A DNA stretch of 64,000 nt from an uncultured delta proteobacterium (GTDB taxonomy: Bacteria > Myxococcota_A > Polyangia > Polyangiales > Polyangiaceae). A model generated the notes under the pieces. That model did not search any database, was not told the DNA's origin, and was given only the letters and a program-made list of their open reading frames with translations. Where the stretch lies: positions 1,056,001-1,120,000 of the forward strand of contig CAWJCS010000003.1 in NCBI GenBank assembly GCA_963841435.1, written 5' to 3'. The translations under genes and the position numbers were made by a program. Below, piece after piece: positions 18,173-26,774 of this stretch (positions are counted from its first letter, which is position 1; every line of letters begins with the position of its first letter).

Positions 18173-19561
18173 TCAGCTTCGGCTGCCGCGGTGGGCTTTG
18201 GCGGCGGAAATGGCGGCGAGCGCCGCGCGAGCCTTGTTCCAAGTCTCCTTCGCCTCGAGCTCCGGACGACTGTCGGCGACGATGCCGGCCCCGGCGGTGA
18301 CCTCGAAGCGATCGTCGGCAATGACCACCGTGCGGATCGCGATGGCGAGGTCGAGATCGCTGCTGCGCGTCACGTAGCCGATGGCGCCTCCGTAAACGCC
18401 GCGTGGTCGGGTTTCGAGCTCGCGGATGATCTGCATGGCGCGCACCTTGGGCGCGCCGGTGAGCGTCCCCGCGGGGAAGGTGGCGCGGATGACGTCCCAG
18501 GCGCCGAGGTGCGGTGCGAGCTCGCCGCGCACCTCGCTCACGATGTGCATGACGTGACTGTAGCGCTCCACGAGCAGGCGCTCGGGCGTCGTGACGGTGC
18601 CCGCTTTGGCGACGCGGCCGACGTCGTTGCGGGCGAGGTCGATGAGCATGACGTGCTCGGCGCGCTCCTTCGGATCGGACAGCATTTCCTCGGCGAGGCG
18701 CGTGTCTTCGTCCGCCGTGCGACCGCGGCGCCGCGTGCCGGCAATCGGGCGAAGCGTGACCCCGCCGTGCTCCGAGCGCACCAGCGTTTCCGGGCTCGCG
18801 CCGGCGACGGCCACGGCCGGCGCGCCGGCGTGAGCCGGCAGCTCGAGCAGATACATGTACGGAGCGGGCGAGAGGACGCGCAACGCGCGATACACCTGGA
18901 AGGGGTCGGCGCCGCCCGTGGGGACCGAGAAGGTGCGCGCAGGAACGATCTGGAACGCGTCACCCGCGCGGATGTACTCCTTCGCTCGCTCGACGGCGAC
19001 ACCGTACTCCTGGTCGCTCATCGTGACGTCGATGCCCGCCGGCATGGCCGTCGGGTCCGGCGGCGCCACCAGATCGAGCCCGGGCGCCGACACGAGGTCG
19101 TGCTCCGCCCGCTCGAGATCGGCCTGATCCGGCGCGGCGATCACGGCCGTGTGCTCGAGGTTGTCGAACACCACCACGGTGAAGTCCCGCATCAAGCGCG
19201 CCACGGGGCGACGATCGGAATCCGGCCAGGGCTCGACCTTCGTCGCATAGTGGACGATGTCGTACGGGATCATGCCGACGGCGGCGCGCGCGAAGCGGGT
19301 CGCGACGTCCGCGTCGGGCGGCTCACCCGTCGTGAACGCCTCGGACAGCCGCGTGAAGGGATCCACGCCCCGCTCGCCGTAGTGGGTGATGAGGGCGCGC
19401 GGCCGATACCCGAGAATCGAGTAGCGGCCCCAGCGCTCGCCGGGCACGACGCTCTCCAGCAAGAAAGAGCCGGCGTCGGAACGATTGCGAAGCCCCTGGT
19501 AGGCACCTACCGGGGTAAGCCCGTCGACGACCAGGGTCTTCTTGTGCATCGGCCCCGGCAA
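18173..19561 (-). CDS. trpE: Anthranilate synthase component I (chorismate-binding)
   Basis: FLLES, GRYS, YIRAGDAFQIV, ASPE, RPIAGTRRRG, KERAEHVMLIDLARND, FPAGTLTGAPKVRAM; start could be 19549. Confidence 0.9.
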   Translation of the reverse strand: MPGPMHKKTLVVDGLTPVGAYQGLRNRSDAGSFLLESVVPGERWGRYSILGYRPRALITHYGERGVDPFTRLSEAFTTGEPPDADVATRFARAAVGMIPYDIVHYATKVEPWPDSDRRPVARLMRDFTVVVFDNLEHTAVIAAPDQADLERAEHDLVSAPGLDLVAPPDPTAMPAGIDVTMSDQEYGVAVERAKEYIRAGDAFQIVPARTFSVPTGGADPFQVYRALRVLSPAPYMYLLELPAHAGAPAVAVAGASPETLVRSEHGGVTLRPIAGTRRRGRTADEDTRLAEEMLSDPKERAEHVMLIDLARNDVGRVAKAGTVTTPERLLVERYSHVMHIVSEVRGELAPHLGAWDVIRATFPAGTLTGAPKVRAMQIIRELETRPRGVYGGAIGYVTRSSDLDLAIAIRTVVIADDRFEVTAGAGIVADSRPELEAKETWNKARAALAAISAAKAHRGSRS

Positions 19562-19691
19562 TCCTTATGCGCCGCGCGCGAGCTGTCCACTGTCGTAGCG
19601 GCCGGCGGCAAGCCGGCTCGGCGGAAAGTCGAGCCCCTGCGAGTCTCCTGTTCCCTGCTGGCACTGGCGGCTCTAGCCTGCGAGTTCCATC

Positions 19692-21077
19692 ATGAAGGAA
19701 AGCTCGCTGACTTCCAGTGCGGCGCTCGCGGCGTTCTCCGAGCAATTCGTCGAAGGCCGCCGTGCGCTCGTCTTCGGCAGCTCGCTGTCCGCGGTACCTC
19801 GGCTGCTCATAGAACGGGGCGCGCGCATCGTGCAGGTCTGCGACCCGGTGCCCTCGCGCGTCGAGGAGGCGACGACACGCCTCGCCGCTCCTGGGCTCGC
19901 CTTCGCCACCTTCGCCGACGAGCTCTTGCAGTCGCGCGAGGGCGGTTTCGACTTCGTGCTCGTGGAGCACCTCGGTGCGTTCGACGCGCGCACGGTGGTG
20001 ACGCGCGCGAAGCGCCTGCTCGCGGCCCGCGGGGTCGCGCTGTTCGCCACGCCGAACCGCGAGTGCACGGCGCCCCTCTTGCCCGCGCCCGAGCCCGGCG
20101 CCGCCCCGCTCGACTACTACGCGCTCTACGATCTCGTGGCCTCCGAGTTCGAGCACGTGCGCATGCTGGGCCAGGCACCGTTCGTCGGGTATGCCGTCGT
20201 GGACTTCGCGCCCGAGGGCAACCCCGACCCGGTCATCGACAGCGAGCTCGTGCCGCGCGGCAGTGAGGAGCCCGAGCTCTTCGTCGCTGTCGCGAGCCGT
20301 CATCGGGCGAGCGTGATGGGCTACACGGTGATTCAGCTTCCCATGCACCGTGTGCTATCGCGCCAGGCTTCGACGCAAAAAGCCGGGCCGCCCGCGCCCG
20401 TGCGCGAGCTGCGCGCGCCGGCCGAGGTCGATGCGCGGCTCGCGCGTCAGGAAGCCTGGATCCGCGAGCTCGAATCCCGTGCCGAGACAGCGGACGCACG
20501 TGCCGATGCGGCCGAGGAGCGCGCCGAAGAGATCGAGCGCGAGCTCGAGGCGGCGCGCAGCGACACGCGGGCCGGCGGCGAGGCCCAGCGCGCGCTCGCG
20601 CAGGCCAACGCGCGTATTGCCGAGCTGGCGCGAAAGCCCGACGAGCGTCCCGCGCTCGCGGCACGCATCGCCGAGCTCGAGGCGCTCCTCGTGGAGCGCG
20701 AGGCCACGCTGCGCAAGCGCGACGTTGCCGTCGCCGATCGCGACCGCGCGATCACCGAGCGCGACCAGCGCATCACCGAGCTCGAAATCAGCGCGACTCC
20801 GGACTCGGTCGACGACCTTGCGCGGCACGAAGAGCAGCTCGTCGAGCGCGGGGTGGCGCTGCGTCGTCTCGAGCGTGAGCTCGCCGAGGCCGAACGCGTG
20901 GGCCGCGAGCTGGTCGCCGAGCTCGAGCGCGCGCGCCGGCCCGACCGAGCGACGGCATCGGCGCTTTCCGAGCTCGGCGCGCGGCTCGCGCGGAGCGAAG
21001 CCGACCGGCAGGCGCTCAGCTGGTTTTCAGGCTTGCCGGGGCACGGCGGCGGGCAGCCCGGGCCGCCGACGGGGTGA
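19692..21077 (+). CDS. Degenerate class I methyltransferase-like domain followed by a long coiled coil
   Basis: ALVFGSS / FDFVLV / LAARGVALFATPN / LVASEFEHVRMLGQ, then an E/R/A-rich heptad region. Confidence 0.65.
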   Translation: MKESSLTSSAALAAFSEQFVEGRRALVFGSSLSAVPRLLIERGARIVQVCDPVPSRVEEATTRLAAPGLAFATFADELLQSREGGFDFVLVEHLGAFDARTVVTRAKRLLAARGVALFATPNRECTAPLLPAPEPGAAPLDYYALYDLVASEFEHVRMLGQAPFVGYAVVDFAPEGNPDPVIDSELVPRGSEEPELFVAVASRHRASVMGYTVIQLPMHRVLSRQASTQKAGPPAPVRELRAPAEVDARLARQEAWIRELESRAETADARADAAEERAEEIERELEAARSDTRAGGEAQRALAQANARIAELARKPDERPALAARIAELEALLVEREATLRKRDVAVADRDRAITERDQRITELEISATPDSVDDLARHEEQLVERGVALRRLERELAEAERVGRELVAELERARRPDRATASALSELGARLARSEADRQALSWFSGLPGHGGGQPGPPTG

Positions 21078-21137
21078 GCCGGCCCTCGACCACGCCTCGG
21101 CCAAAAGGCCGGCCGTGCCGGCTGGCGCTCGCTCGCG

Positions 21138-21165
21138 TTGACAGCGCGAAAGGAAGTCTTACCTT
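21138..21165 (+). promoter_or_regulatory. Putative sigma70-type promoter for dnaJ
   Basis: TTGACA (21138-21143), 16-bp spacer, TACCTT (21160-21165), ~30 bp upstream of the dnaJ ATG. Confidence 0.5.
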
Positions 21166-21195
21166 GGCCGGCGGCGTGTGCCGAGCCCAGCAAAC

Positions 21196-22287
21196 ATGAG
21201 CCAGAAGCGGGACTATTACGAGGTGCTCTGCGTCGCCCGAGAGGCCTCGGCCGACGAAATCAAGCGGGCATACCGGCAGGCCGCGCTCAAGCACCACCCC
21301 GACCGCAACCCCGGGGACACCGCGGCCGAAAGCCGTTTCAAGGAGGCCACCGAGGCGTACACGGTGCTTTCCGACACCACGAAGCGGGGCCAGTACGACC
21401 GTTTCGGCCACCAGGGAGTGCAGGGCGGGTTCGATTTCGAGGGAGCCGGCGTCGGCGACATCCTGAGCCAATTCCAGGAGATGTTCGCCGATTTCTTCGG
21501 CGGGTTCGGGGGCGGCTTCGGGGGACAGCAGCGCCGACGCACCGCGCGCGGCCAGGACGTGCGCGTCCACGCAAGCCTCACGCTCGCGGACACAATGGTC
21601 GGCGGCAAGCACGAGGTCGCGATTCGAGGCCAGGCCCCCTGCGAGACATGCGCGGGCTCCGGCGCGAGCCCCGGGACGACCCCAGAGACGTGCTCGGCCT
21701 GCCGGGGCACGGGACAGGTGACGGCGCAGCGCGGCTTCATCATGTTCTCGAGCACGTGCGCGCGCTGCCGCGGCAGTGGTCGCGTCGTCGCGAGCCCCTG
21801 CGAAACCTGCTCGGGCCGAGGCAACGTCGAGCGCCAGCGCAAGGTGCTCGTGAGCTTCCCGCCGGGCATCGACACGGGGCATCGCTTGCGCGTTCCGGGT
21901 CAAGGCATGCCGGGCCCCGCGGGCGCGCCCCCTGGGGATCTTTACGTCAACGTCGAGATGGAGGCACACGAGCGCTTCGAGCGTCACGGGGACGATCTCG
22001 CCGTGCGCGTGGACCTGTCCTTTTCCGAGGCGGCGCTCGGAACGAAGGTCGAGCTGACGCTGCCGGACGACGCCGTGGTGACGGCGTCGATTCCGGGTGG
22101 CACTCAGCCGAACTCCATCGTCACCGTGAAGGGCAAGGGCGTGCCGCTCCTGCACGAATCGGGTCGCGGCGACTTGCACGTCGTGGTCGCCGTTTCGGTC
22201 CCAACGCGGCTCAGCAAGCGCGCCAAGAAGCTGCTCGAGGAGCTCGACGTAGAGCTACGCGGCGATAGCCAGCGGGCCTCCGGCTAG
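21196..22287 (+). CDS. dnaJ: Chaperone DnaJ
   Basis: RDYYEVL, HPD, G/F-rich linker, four CxxCxGxG motifs, C-terminal domain. Confidence 0.96.
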   Translation: MSQKRDYYEVLCVAREASADEIKRAYRQAALKHHPDRNPGDTAAESRFKEATEAYTVLSDTTKRGQYDRFGHQGVQGGFDFEGAGVGDILSQFQEMFADFFGGFGGGFGGQQRRRTARGQDVRVHASLTLADTMVGGKHEVAIRGQAPCETCAGSGASPGTTPETCSACRGTGQVTAQRGFIMFSSTCARCRGSGRVVASPCETCSGRGNVERQRKVLVSFPPGIDTGHRLRVPGQGMPGPAGAPPGDLYVNVEMEAHERFERHGDDLAVRVDLSFSEAALGTKVELTLPDDAVVTASIPGGTQPNSIVTVKGKGVPLLHESGRGDLHVVVAVSVPTRLSKRAKKLLEELDVELRGDSQRASG

Positions 22288-22335
22288 AGCCCGCGGCGCG
22301 GCTTCGACGAGCCGTTGGCGGACCCCGGGCACCGC

Positions 22336-23655
22336 TCAGTCGAGCGTCCGCGCAAAGCGCTTTTCGAGCTCGAGCAGGCTCGCCAGCGTCGCGTCGAAGG
22401 GCGAGCTTTCCCCGGGCGCCTGCGCGAGGAAACGCTCGAGCGCGGGCATGGCGGCTATCGCGAGATCGAGCCGCGCGTCGCTGCCCGATGCGTAGGCGCC
22501 GAGCGTCACGAGGTCGCGTTTGTCCTCGAACGTGCCGAGCAGCGTGCGAAGGCGGCGCGCGGCTCGCCGATGCTCCGGCGTCACGACCCGGTCCGCCACG
22601 CGCGACACCGAGCGCGTCACGTCGATGGCGGGGTAGCGGCCGCGCGCGGCCACGGCGCGGTCGAGCACGACGTGCCCGTCGAGGATGCCGCGCACCTCGT
22701 CGGCGATGGGCTCGTCCATGTCGTCGCCTTCGACGAGCACGGTGTAAATGGCCGTGATCGCGCCGCTCGGGCCTTGCCCCGTGCGCTCGAGCAGTCGCGG
22801 GAGCATGGCGAACACGCTCGGCGGATAGCCGCGACGCGCAGGTGGCTCACCCGCGGCGAGCCCGATCTCGCGTTGCGCACGCGCGATGCGCGTCACCGAA
22901 TCGAGCAAGAAGAGCACGTTCTGCCCGGCGTCGCGGAACGACTCGGCGATGGCCGTCGCGACGTGCGCAGCGCGCAGACGCTCGACGGGCGGCGCGTCGC
23001 TCGTCGCGGCCACGACGACGGCACGGCTCCTGCCCGCCTCGCCGAGCGACTGCTCGAGGAACTCGGAGACCTCGCGCCCACGCTCTCCGATGAGCGCGAC
23101 CACGATGACGTCGGCGACCGCGGCGCGCGCGATCGAGCCGAGCAGGGTGCTCTTGCCGACACCCGAGCCCGCGAAGAGCCCCACGCGCTGGCCGATGCCG
23201 AGCGTGAGCAGCGCGTCGATGGCGCGGACGCCGGTCGCGAACGGCTCGCTCACGGGGCGTCGGCCGAGCGCTCGCGGGGGCTCCCGGTCCACGGGCGCGG
23301 CCCGGAGGCCACGCGGCAGCGGCTGGCCGTCGAGCGGGCGCCCGAGGCCGTCCAGAACGCGGCCGACCAGGCCCGGCCCGACCCCAACCTCGAGCCCGCC
23401 ACCAAGCGCCTCGACCGAGTCGTCCGGGCCGATCCCCGAGAGCTCCCCGAGCGGCAGGGCCATGGCCTCCCCTTCGGCGAAGCTCACCACTTCGGCGGGC
23501 AGGGCGCCGCCCCGCCCGCGCACGACGACCAGATCTCCGATCTTGGCGCCAGGCACCCGTACGCGAACGAGGAGCCCGGTGACCCCTACGACCCGCCCCG
23601 TAGGGCGCAGCGTCGGAGTCGACGCAAGCCGCGCGCGGAGCGCGTCGAGGTCCAC
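22336..23655 (-). CDS. FliI/SctN(YscN)-family type III export ATPase
   Basis: AGSGVGKS, GERGREV, DSVTRIARAQRE, GEPPARRGYPPS, TVLVEGDDMDEPIADEVRGILDGH; likely GTG start at 23655. Confidence 0.92.
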   Translation of the reverse strand: MDLDALRARLASTPTLRPTGRVVGVTGLLVRVRVPGAKIGDLVVVRGRGGALPAEVVSFAEGEAMALPLGELSGIGPDDSVEALGGGLEVGVGPGLVGRVLDGLGRPLDGQPLPRGLRAAPVDREPPRALGRRPVSEPFATGVRAIDALLTLGIGQRVGLFAGSGVGKSTLLGSIARAAVADVIVVALIGERGREVSEFLEQSLGEAGRSRAVVVAATSDAPPVERLRAAHVATAIAESFRDAGQNVLFLLDSVTRIARAQREIGLAAGEPPARRGYPPSVFAMLPRLLERTGQGPSGAITAIYTVLVEGDDMDEPIADEVRGILDGHVVLDRAVAARGRYPAIDVTRSVSRVADRVVTPEHRRAARRLRTLLGTFEDKRDLVTLGAYASGSDARLDLAIAAMPALERFLAQAPGESSPFDATLASLLELEKRFARTLD

Positions 23656-23733
23656 GGCCCGAGGGTACCAGCCGCCCCCGAAATCGCGCAGACAGATTTG
23701 CCCACGCTCGACCGGAGGTGCCACGCTGTCGGC

Positions 23734-24399
23734 GTGCGCATCCCAAGCACCCTCGCGCTCCTTTTCGTCTGCGCCTGCCAGGCGTCCGTGCAGGGCAACG
23801 CCAATGTGAGCACCCAGGCCGGTGGCGACGCCGATCTCGAGGCCCAGATCCAGTCGGAGCGGGCGACGGGACCGGGCGGTTCATCGGCGGACGGCGGGAC
23901 GATCCCCGAGGCGGGAACGGCGTTGCTCGGCGCGCGGCGCGACCTCACGCTTGCGAGCGGGCAGGGCTCGACCAAGTGCTCGTGCCTCAGGGTGGCGTTG
24001 GGCGGGGTCGGCTCGGACGCTTTCCGATGGAAGGCGGCCGCGCCGGCCGTCGACCCGAAAACCCAGCTCGTCATCGGGCTGAGCTCGGAAGGCGCCGGCT
24101 GCCCCAACGACAAGGGAAGCGCCGGGGCCTCCTACTGGGGCTACAAGCGCTCGGGAGACAATATTTTAGTGTACGTGGAAAATGCCATCAAGGACCGCCC
24201 CATCGTGGCGGGCGGCATCATTCCGAAGCCGTTTGGCGCAGGCCAGGTCTTCCTCGGGCCCATCAAGGGCTCGCCTTACGGCAAGACTTCCGACGGCAAG
24301 GGAAACTGCAAGGTCGGCAACCCGGGAGCGGCGAGAACGTCACCCGTGAGCCCTTCGGAGGACGGCGAGAGCCCCGAAGAGGCGCCCACAGACGGCTGA
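23734..24399 (+). CDS. Hypothetical lipoprotein
   Basis: GTG 23734, VRIPSTLALLFVCAC signal; 3' part of listed ORF 22315..24399. Confidence 0.7.
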   Translation: MRIPSTLALLFVCACQASVQGNANVSTQAGGDADLEAQIQSERATGPGGSSADGGTIPEAGTALLGARRDLTLASGQGSTKCSCLRVALGGVGSDAFRWKAAAPAVDPKTQLVIGLSSEGAGCPNDKGSAGASYWGYKRSGDNILVYVENAIKDRPIVAGGIIPKPFGAGQVFLGPIKGSPYGKTSDGKGNCKVGNPGAARTSPVSPSEDGESPEEAPTDG

Positions 24400-24400
24400 T

Positions 24401-24425
24401 CGCGAGCCGAAACGCCCCGCTCGCG
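24401..24425 (+). terminator. GC-rich stem-loop just after the lipoprotein stop
   Basis: CGCGAGC-N11-GCTCGCG inverted repeat; no U-tract. Confidence 0.35.
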
Positions 24426-24479
24426 GGCACTATTGGGCACTCGGCCCCCAATCTCGAAACATCCTCCAGGATCTTGTCG

Positions 24480-24565
24480 TAGACTATGGATAGGCGCGGC
24501 CGAGTTGAGCACCACCCCCCTCCCCCCACCAAGTGCCCTCGGTCGCGCCGCTAACGTTGCGGCGG
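24480..24565 (+). ncRNA. Candidate small RNA with a C-rich loop
   Basis: TAGACT -10-like box at 24480-24485; 12-bp stem 24493-24504/24538-24549 with one G-U pair; loop CACCCCCCTCCCCCCACC; lies between convergent genes. Confidence 0.35.
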
Positions 24566-24601
24566 GGTGAGTGACGGCGGTGTGTCGCGGCATGGCATTG
24601 C

Positions 24602-25576
24602 TCACCAGGCGAAGGCCTCGGGCGACGTCTTGTACGGTGGGAAGATCTCGTCGAGCCTCGTGAGCGTCGCTGCGTCGAGCTCGACCTCGAGCGCGCGCAC
24701 CGAGCTTTCGAGCTGCTCCATCGTTCGCGGACCGACGATCGGCGCACTCACCTGAGGGCGCGACGCGACCCAGGCGAGCGCTATGTCCGCCGGCTCGCGC
24801 CCGAGCTCGCGACAGAGCCCTTCGTAGCGCTCGAGCGTGGGGCCGTGCTTGCCGAGCTCCCGCTTCGCGTACTCGCTCTCGCGCCGGGGGTTCTGCGCCT
24901 CCCCGCGGCGCCCGGAGCGTGAGAGTAGACCCCCTGCGAGTGGGCTGTAGGGAACGAGCCCGATGCCGTAGTGCTGAGCGGCGGGGACGACCTCCATCTC
25001 GACCTGCCGCGTGAGGAGATTGTACTTGCACTGCTCGGAGACGAGCCCCAAAAACGAGCGCCGTCGCGCGCTCTCGGAGGCTGCGGCGAGGTGCCAACCG
25101 GCGTGGTTCGACGAGCCCACGTAGAGCACCTTGCCCTGCTGCACGAGCACCTCCATCGCCTGCCAGATCTCGTCCCAGGGTGTCACGCGATCGACGTGAT
25201 GCATCTGGTAGAGGTCGATGAAGTCGGTATTCAGCCGCCTCAGGCTGTCCTCGCATGCGCGCCGGATCGAGAGGGCCGAAAGCCGACTCTGGTTCGGCCA
25301 CTTTCCCATTTCTCCGTAAACCTTGGTCGCGAGCACGACCTTCTCGCGACGCCCGCCGCCCTGCAGAAAGTAGCGTCCGATGATGCGCTCGGTGATCCCC
25401 TCGCCGATCTTCCAACCGTAGACGTTCGCGGTATCGAAGAAATTCAGCCCGAGCTCGAGCGCCCTATCCATGATCGCGAACGAGTCGGACTCGCTCGTGT
25501 GGGGCCCGAAATTCATCGTGCCGAGGCAAAGGCGGCTCACTTTCAAGCCTGTACGACCGAGCTGCGTCAGTTCCAT
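24602..25576 (-). CDS. Aldo/keto reductase
   Basis: LGRTGLKVSRLCLGTM, FDTANVY, ATKV, IDLYQMH, YSPLAGGLL; AGGAGG RBS. Confidence 0.95.
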   Translation of the reverse strand: MELTQLGRTGLKVSRLCLGTMNFGPHTSESDSFAIMDRALELGLNFFDTANVYGWKIGEGITERIIGRYFLQGGGRREKVVLATKVYGEMGKWPNQSRLSALSIRRACEDSLRRLNTDFIDLYQMHHVDRVTPWDEIWQAMEVLVQQGKVLYVGSSNHAGWHLAAASESARRRSFLGLVSEQCKYNLLTRQVEMEVVPAAQHYGIGLVPYSPLAGGLLSRSGRRGEAQNPRRESEYAKRELGKHGPTLERYEGLCRELGREPADIALAWVASRPQVSAPIVGPRTMEQLESSVRALEVELDAATLTRLDEIFPPYKTSPEAFAW

Positions 25577-25639
25577 GTGGCGCTCCTCCTTCGGGGAACT
25601 GTTGGATCGTTCGCGACCGCCGCGCCAGAGAAAATCGCG

Positions 25640-26716
25640 TCAGCGGCGGTGCGCCCGGAACAGCCGAAAATCGTGACCCTCGGCGGCCCCCCCGTCGGAC
25701 ACGAAGACGAGGTCGCAGAGATCGCGCGAGAAGCTCGGATCGCTCTCACTCGATTCGTCGCTCGTTTGGTTGACGTCGCCGAGCGGGGCGGCCGGCGTGA
25801 GTGGCCGACCCGTGCTCGCGTCGAGCGCCACGGCGTAGAGATCGGTGGCGGCGCCATCGACGGGCAGGCAGCCGGAATCGAGCGCCGGCGCGCGCAGCAG
25901 CATCAAGTTGCCGCTCGGCGTGACCCAGGGCGTCGCGTCGTCGCCCGTGCGGGGGCAAGTCGTCGTGCCGTCGCGCGCGAGAAGCGTCACGTCGAGGACA
26001 TCGTCGTTGCCGCTGCCGAAGGTGCCGGTCCTGAGTGACGGCCCGCCGTCACGCGTGCTCATCCAATAGGCGCGCCGCGTGCTCGAAGCGACCGCCACGC
26101 TGTAGGTGTCGAACCCGCCGGGGCTCAGCGGGGAGCTCAGCGACGCAACGTTACCGAGCGTGCTGCCGTCCCAGCTTGCCGAGCGTACGACGAGCTGCGC
26201 GTCGGTCGCCTCGCCGAACACTGCGTCGAACGAAAGGCTCCCGGGATTGTCGAGGTAGAGCAACGCGAGGCGCGACGGGTCCTGCGCGTCGCCGATCGGA
26301 GCGCTCGCCTGTCCAAGAACGTCCGCCGAGTACCAGAGCTCGGAGCGCTGCGCGGTCGCGACGGTGTAAAAAAGCGATGCAGCGGGTCCGCCCTGGCGAG
26401 GGAAGCGGAGGTCGGCCGAGGGGTGATCCAAGAACATCTGGGGCGCGTCGAACTGAATGCTCGAGAGGTCCGAGCAGTCCCGACAGCTGCCGCCGCGGCA
26501 GTACTGGCCGACCGCGCACGAGCACGACGGCGCGCCCGCCCCGCCGGAGCCCGCCCCGCCTGCACCCGCCCCGGCGCTTCCGCCGCCTCCGAGCCCGCCA
26601 CCCGAGGTCCCCGAGCTCCCCGAGCCGCCCCCGTCCGACGCGGCGCCGAAGCGGCTGGTGCCGCAACCTAGCGCGCCGAGGAGCGCGAGGAGCGCGGACG
26701 CCACGCCGGGTCGCAT
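25640..26716 (-). CDS. Gly-rich lipoprotein with a Cys motif and TolB/PD40-like C-terminal repeats
   Basis: ATG 26716, LGALGC signal, Gly linker, CSCAVGQYC, DATPWVTPSG and ESDPSFSRDLCDLVFVSD. Confidence 0.65.
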   Translation of the reverse strand: MRPGVASALLALLGALGCGTSRFGAASDGGGSGSSGTSGGGLGGGGSAGAGAGGAGSGGAGAPSCSCAVGQYCRGGSCRDCSDLSSIQFDAPQMFLDHPSADLRFPRQGGPAASLFYTVATAQRSELWYSADVLGQASAPIGDAQDPSRLALLYLDNPGSLSFDAVFGEATDAQLVVRSASWDGSTLGNVASLSSPLSPGGFDTYSVAVASSTRRAYWMSTRDGGPSLRTGTFGSGNDDVLDVTLLARDGTTTCPRTGDDATPWVTPSGNLMLLRAPALDSGCLPVDGAATDLYAVALDASTGRPLTPAAPLGDVNQTSDESSESDPSFSRDLCDLVFVSDGGAAEGHDFRLFRAHRR

Positions 26717-26774
26717 CCCACCAAGTGTCCGGGAATCCGAGCGGGGAGGCAATGAGGAAGGCCTGCTCGGCCGT

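Noticed and set aside
22315-24399. 694-aa plus-strand ORF, and other long antisense ORFs (e.g. 14213-16027, 18191-20266, 32851-34821, 62206-63885)
   Set aside because: Shadow frames of real genes in high-GC DNA; Arg/Ala/Pro-rich with no motifs. Only 23734-24399 is retained
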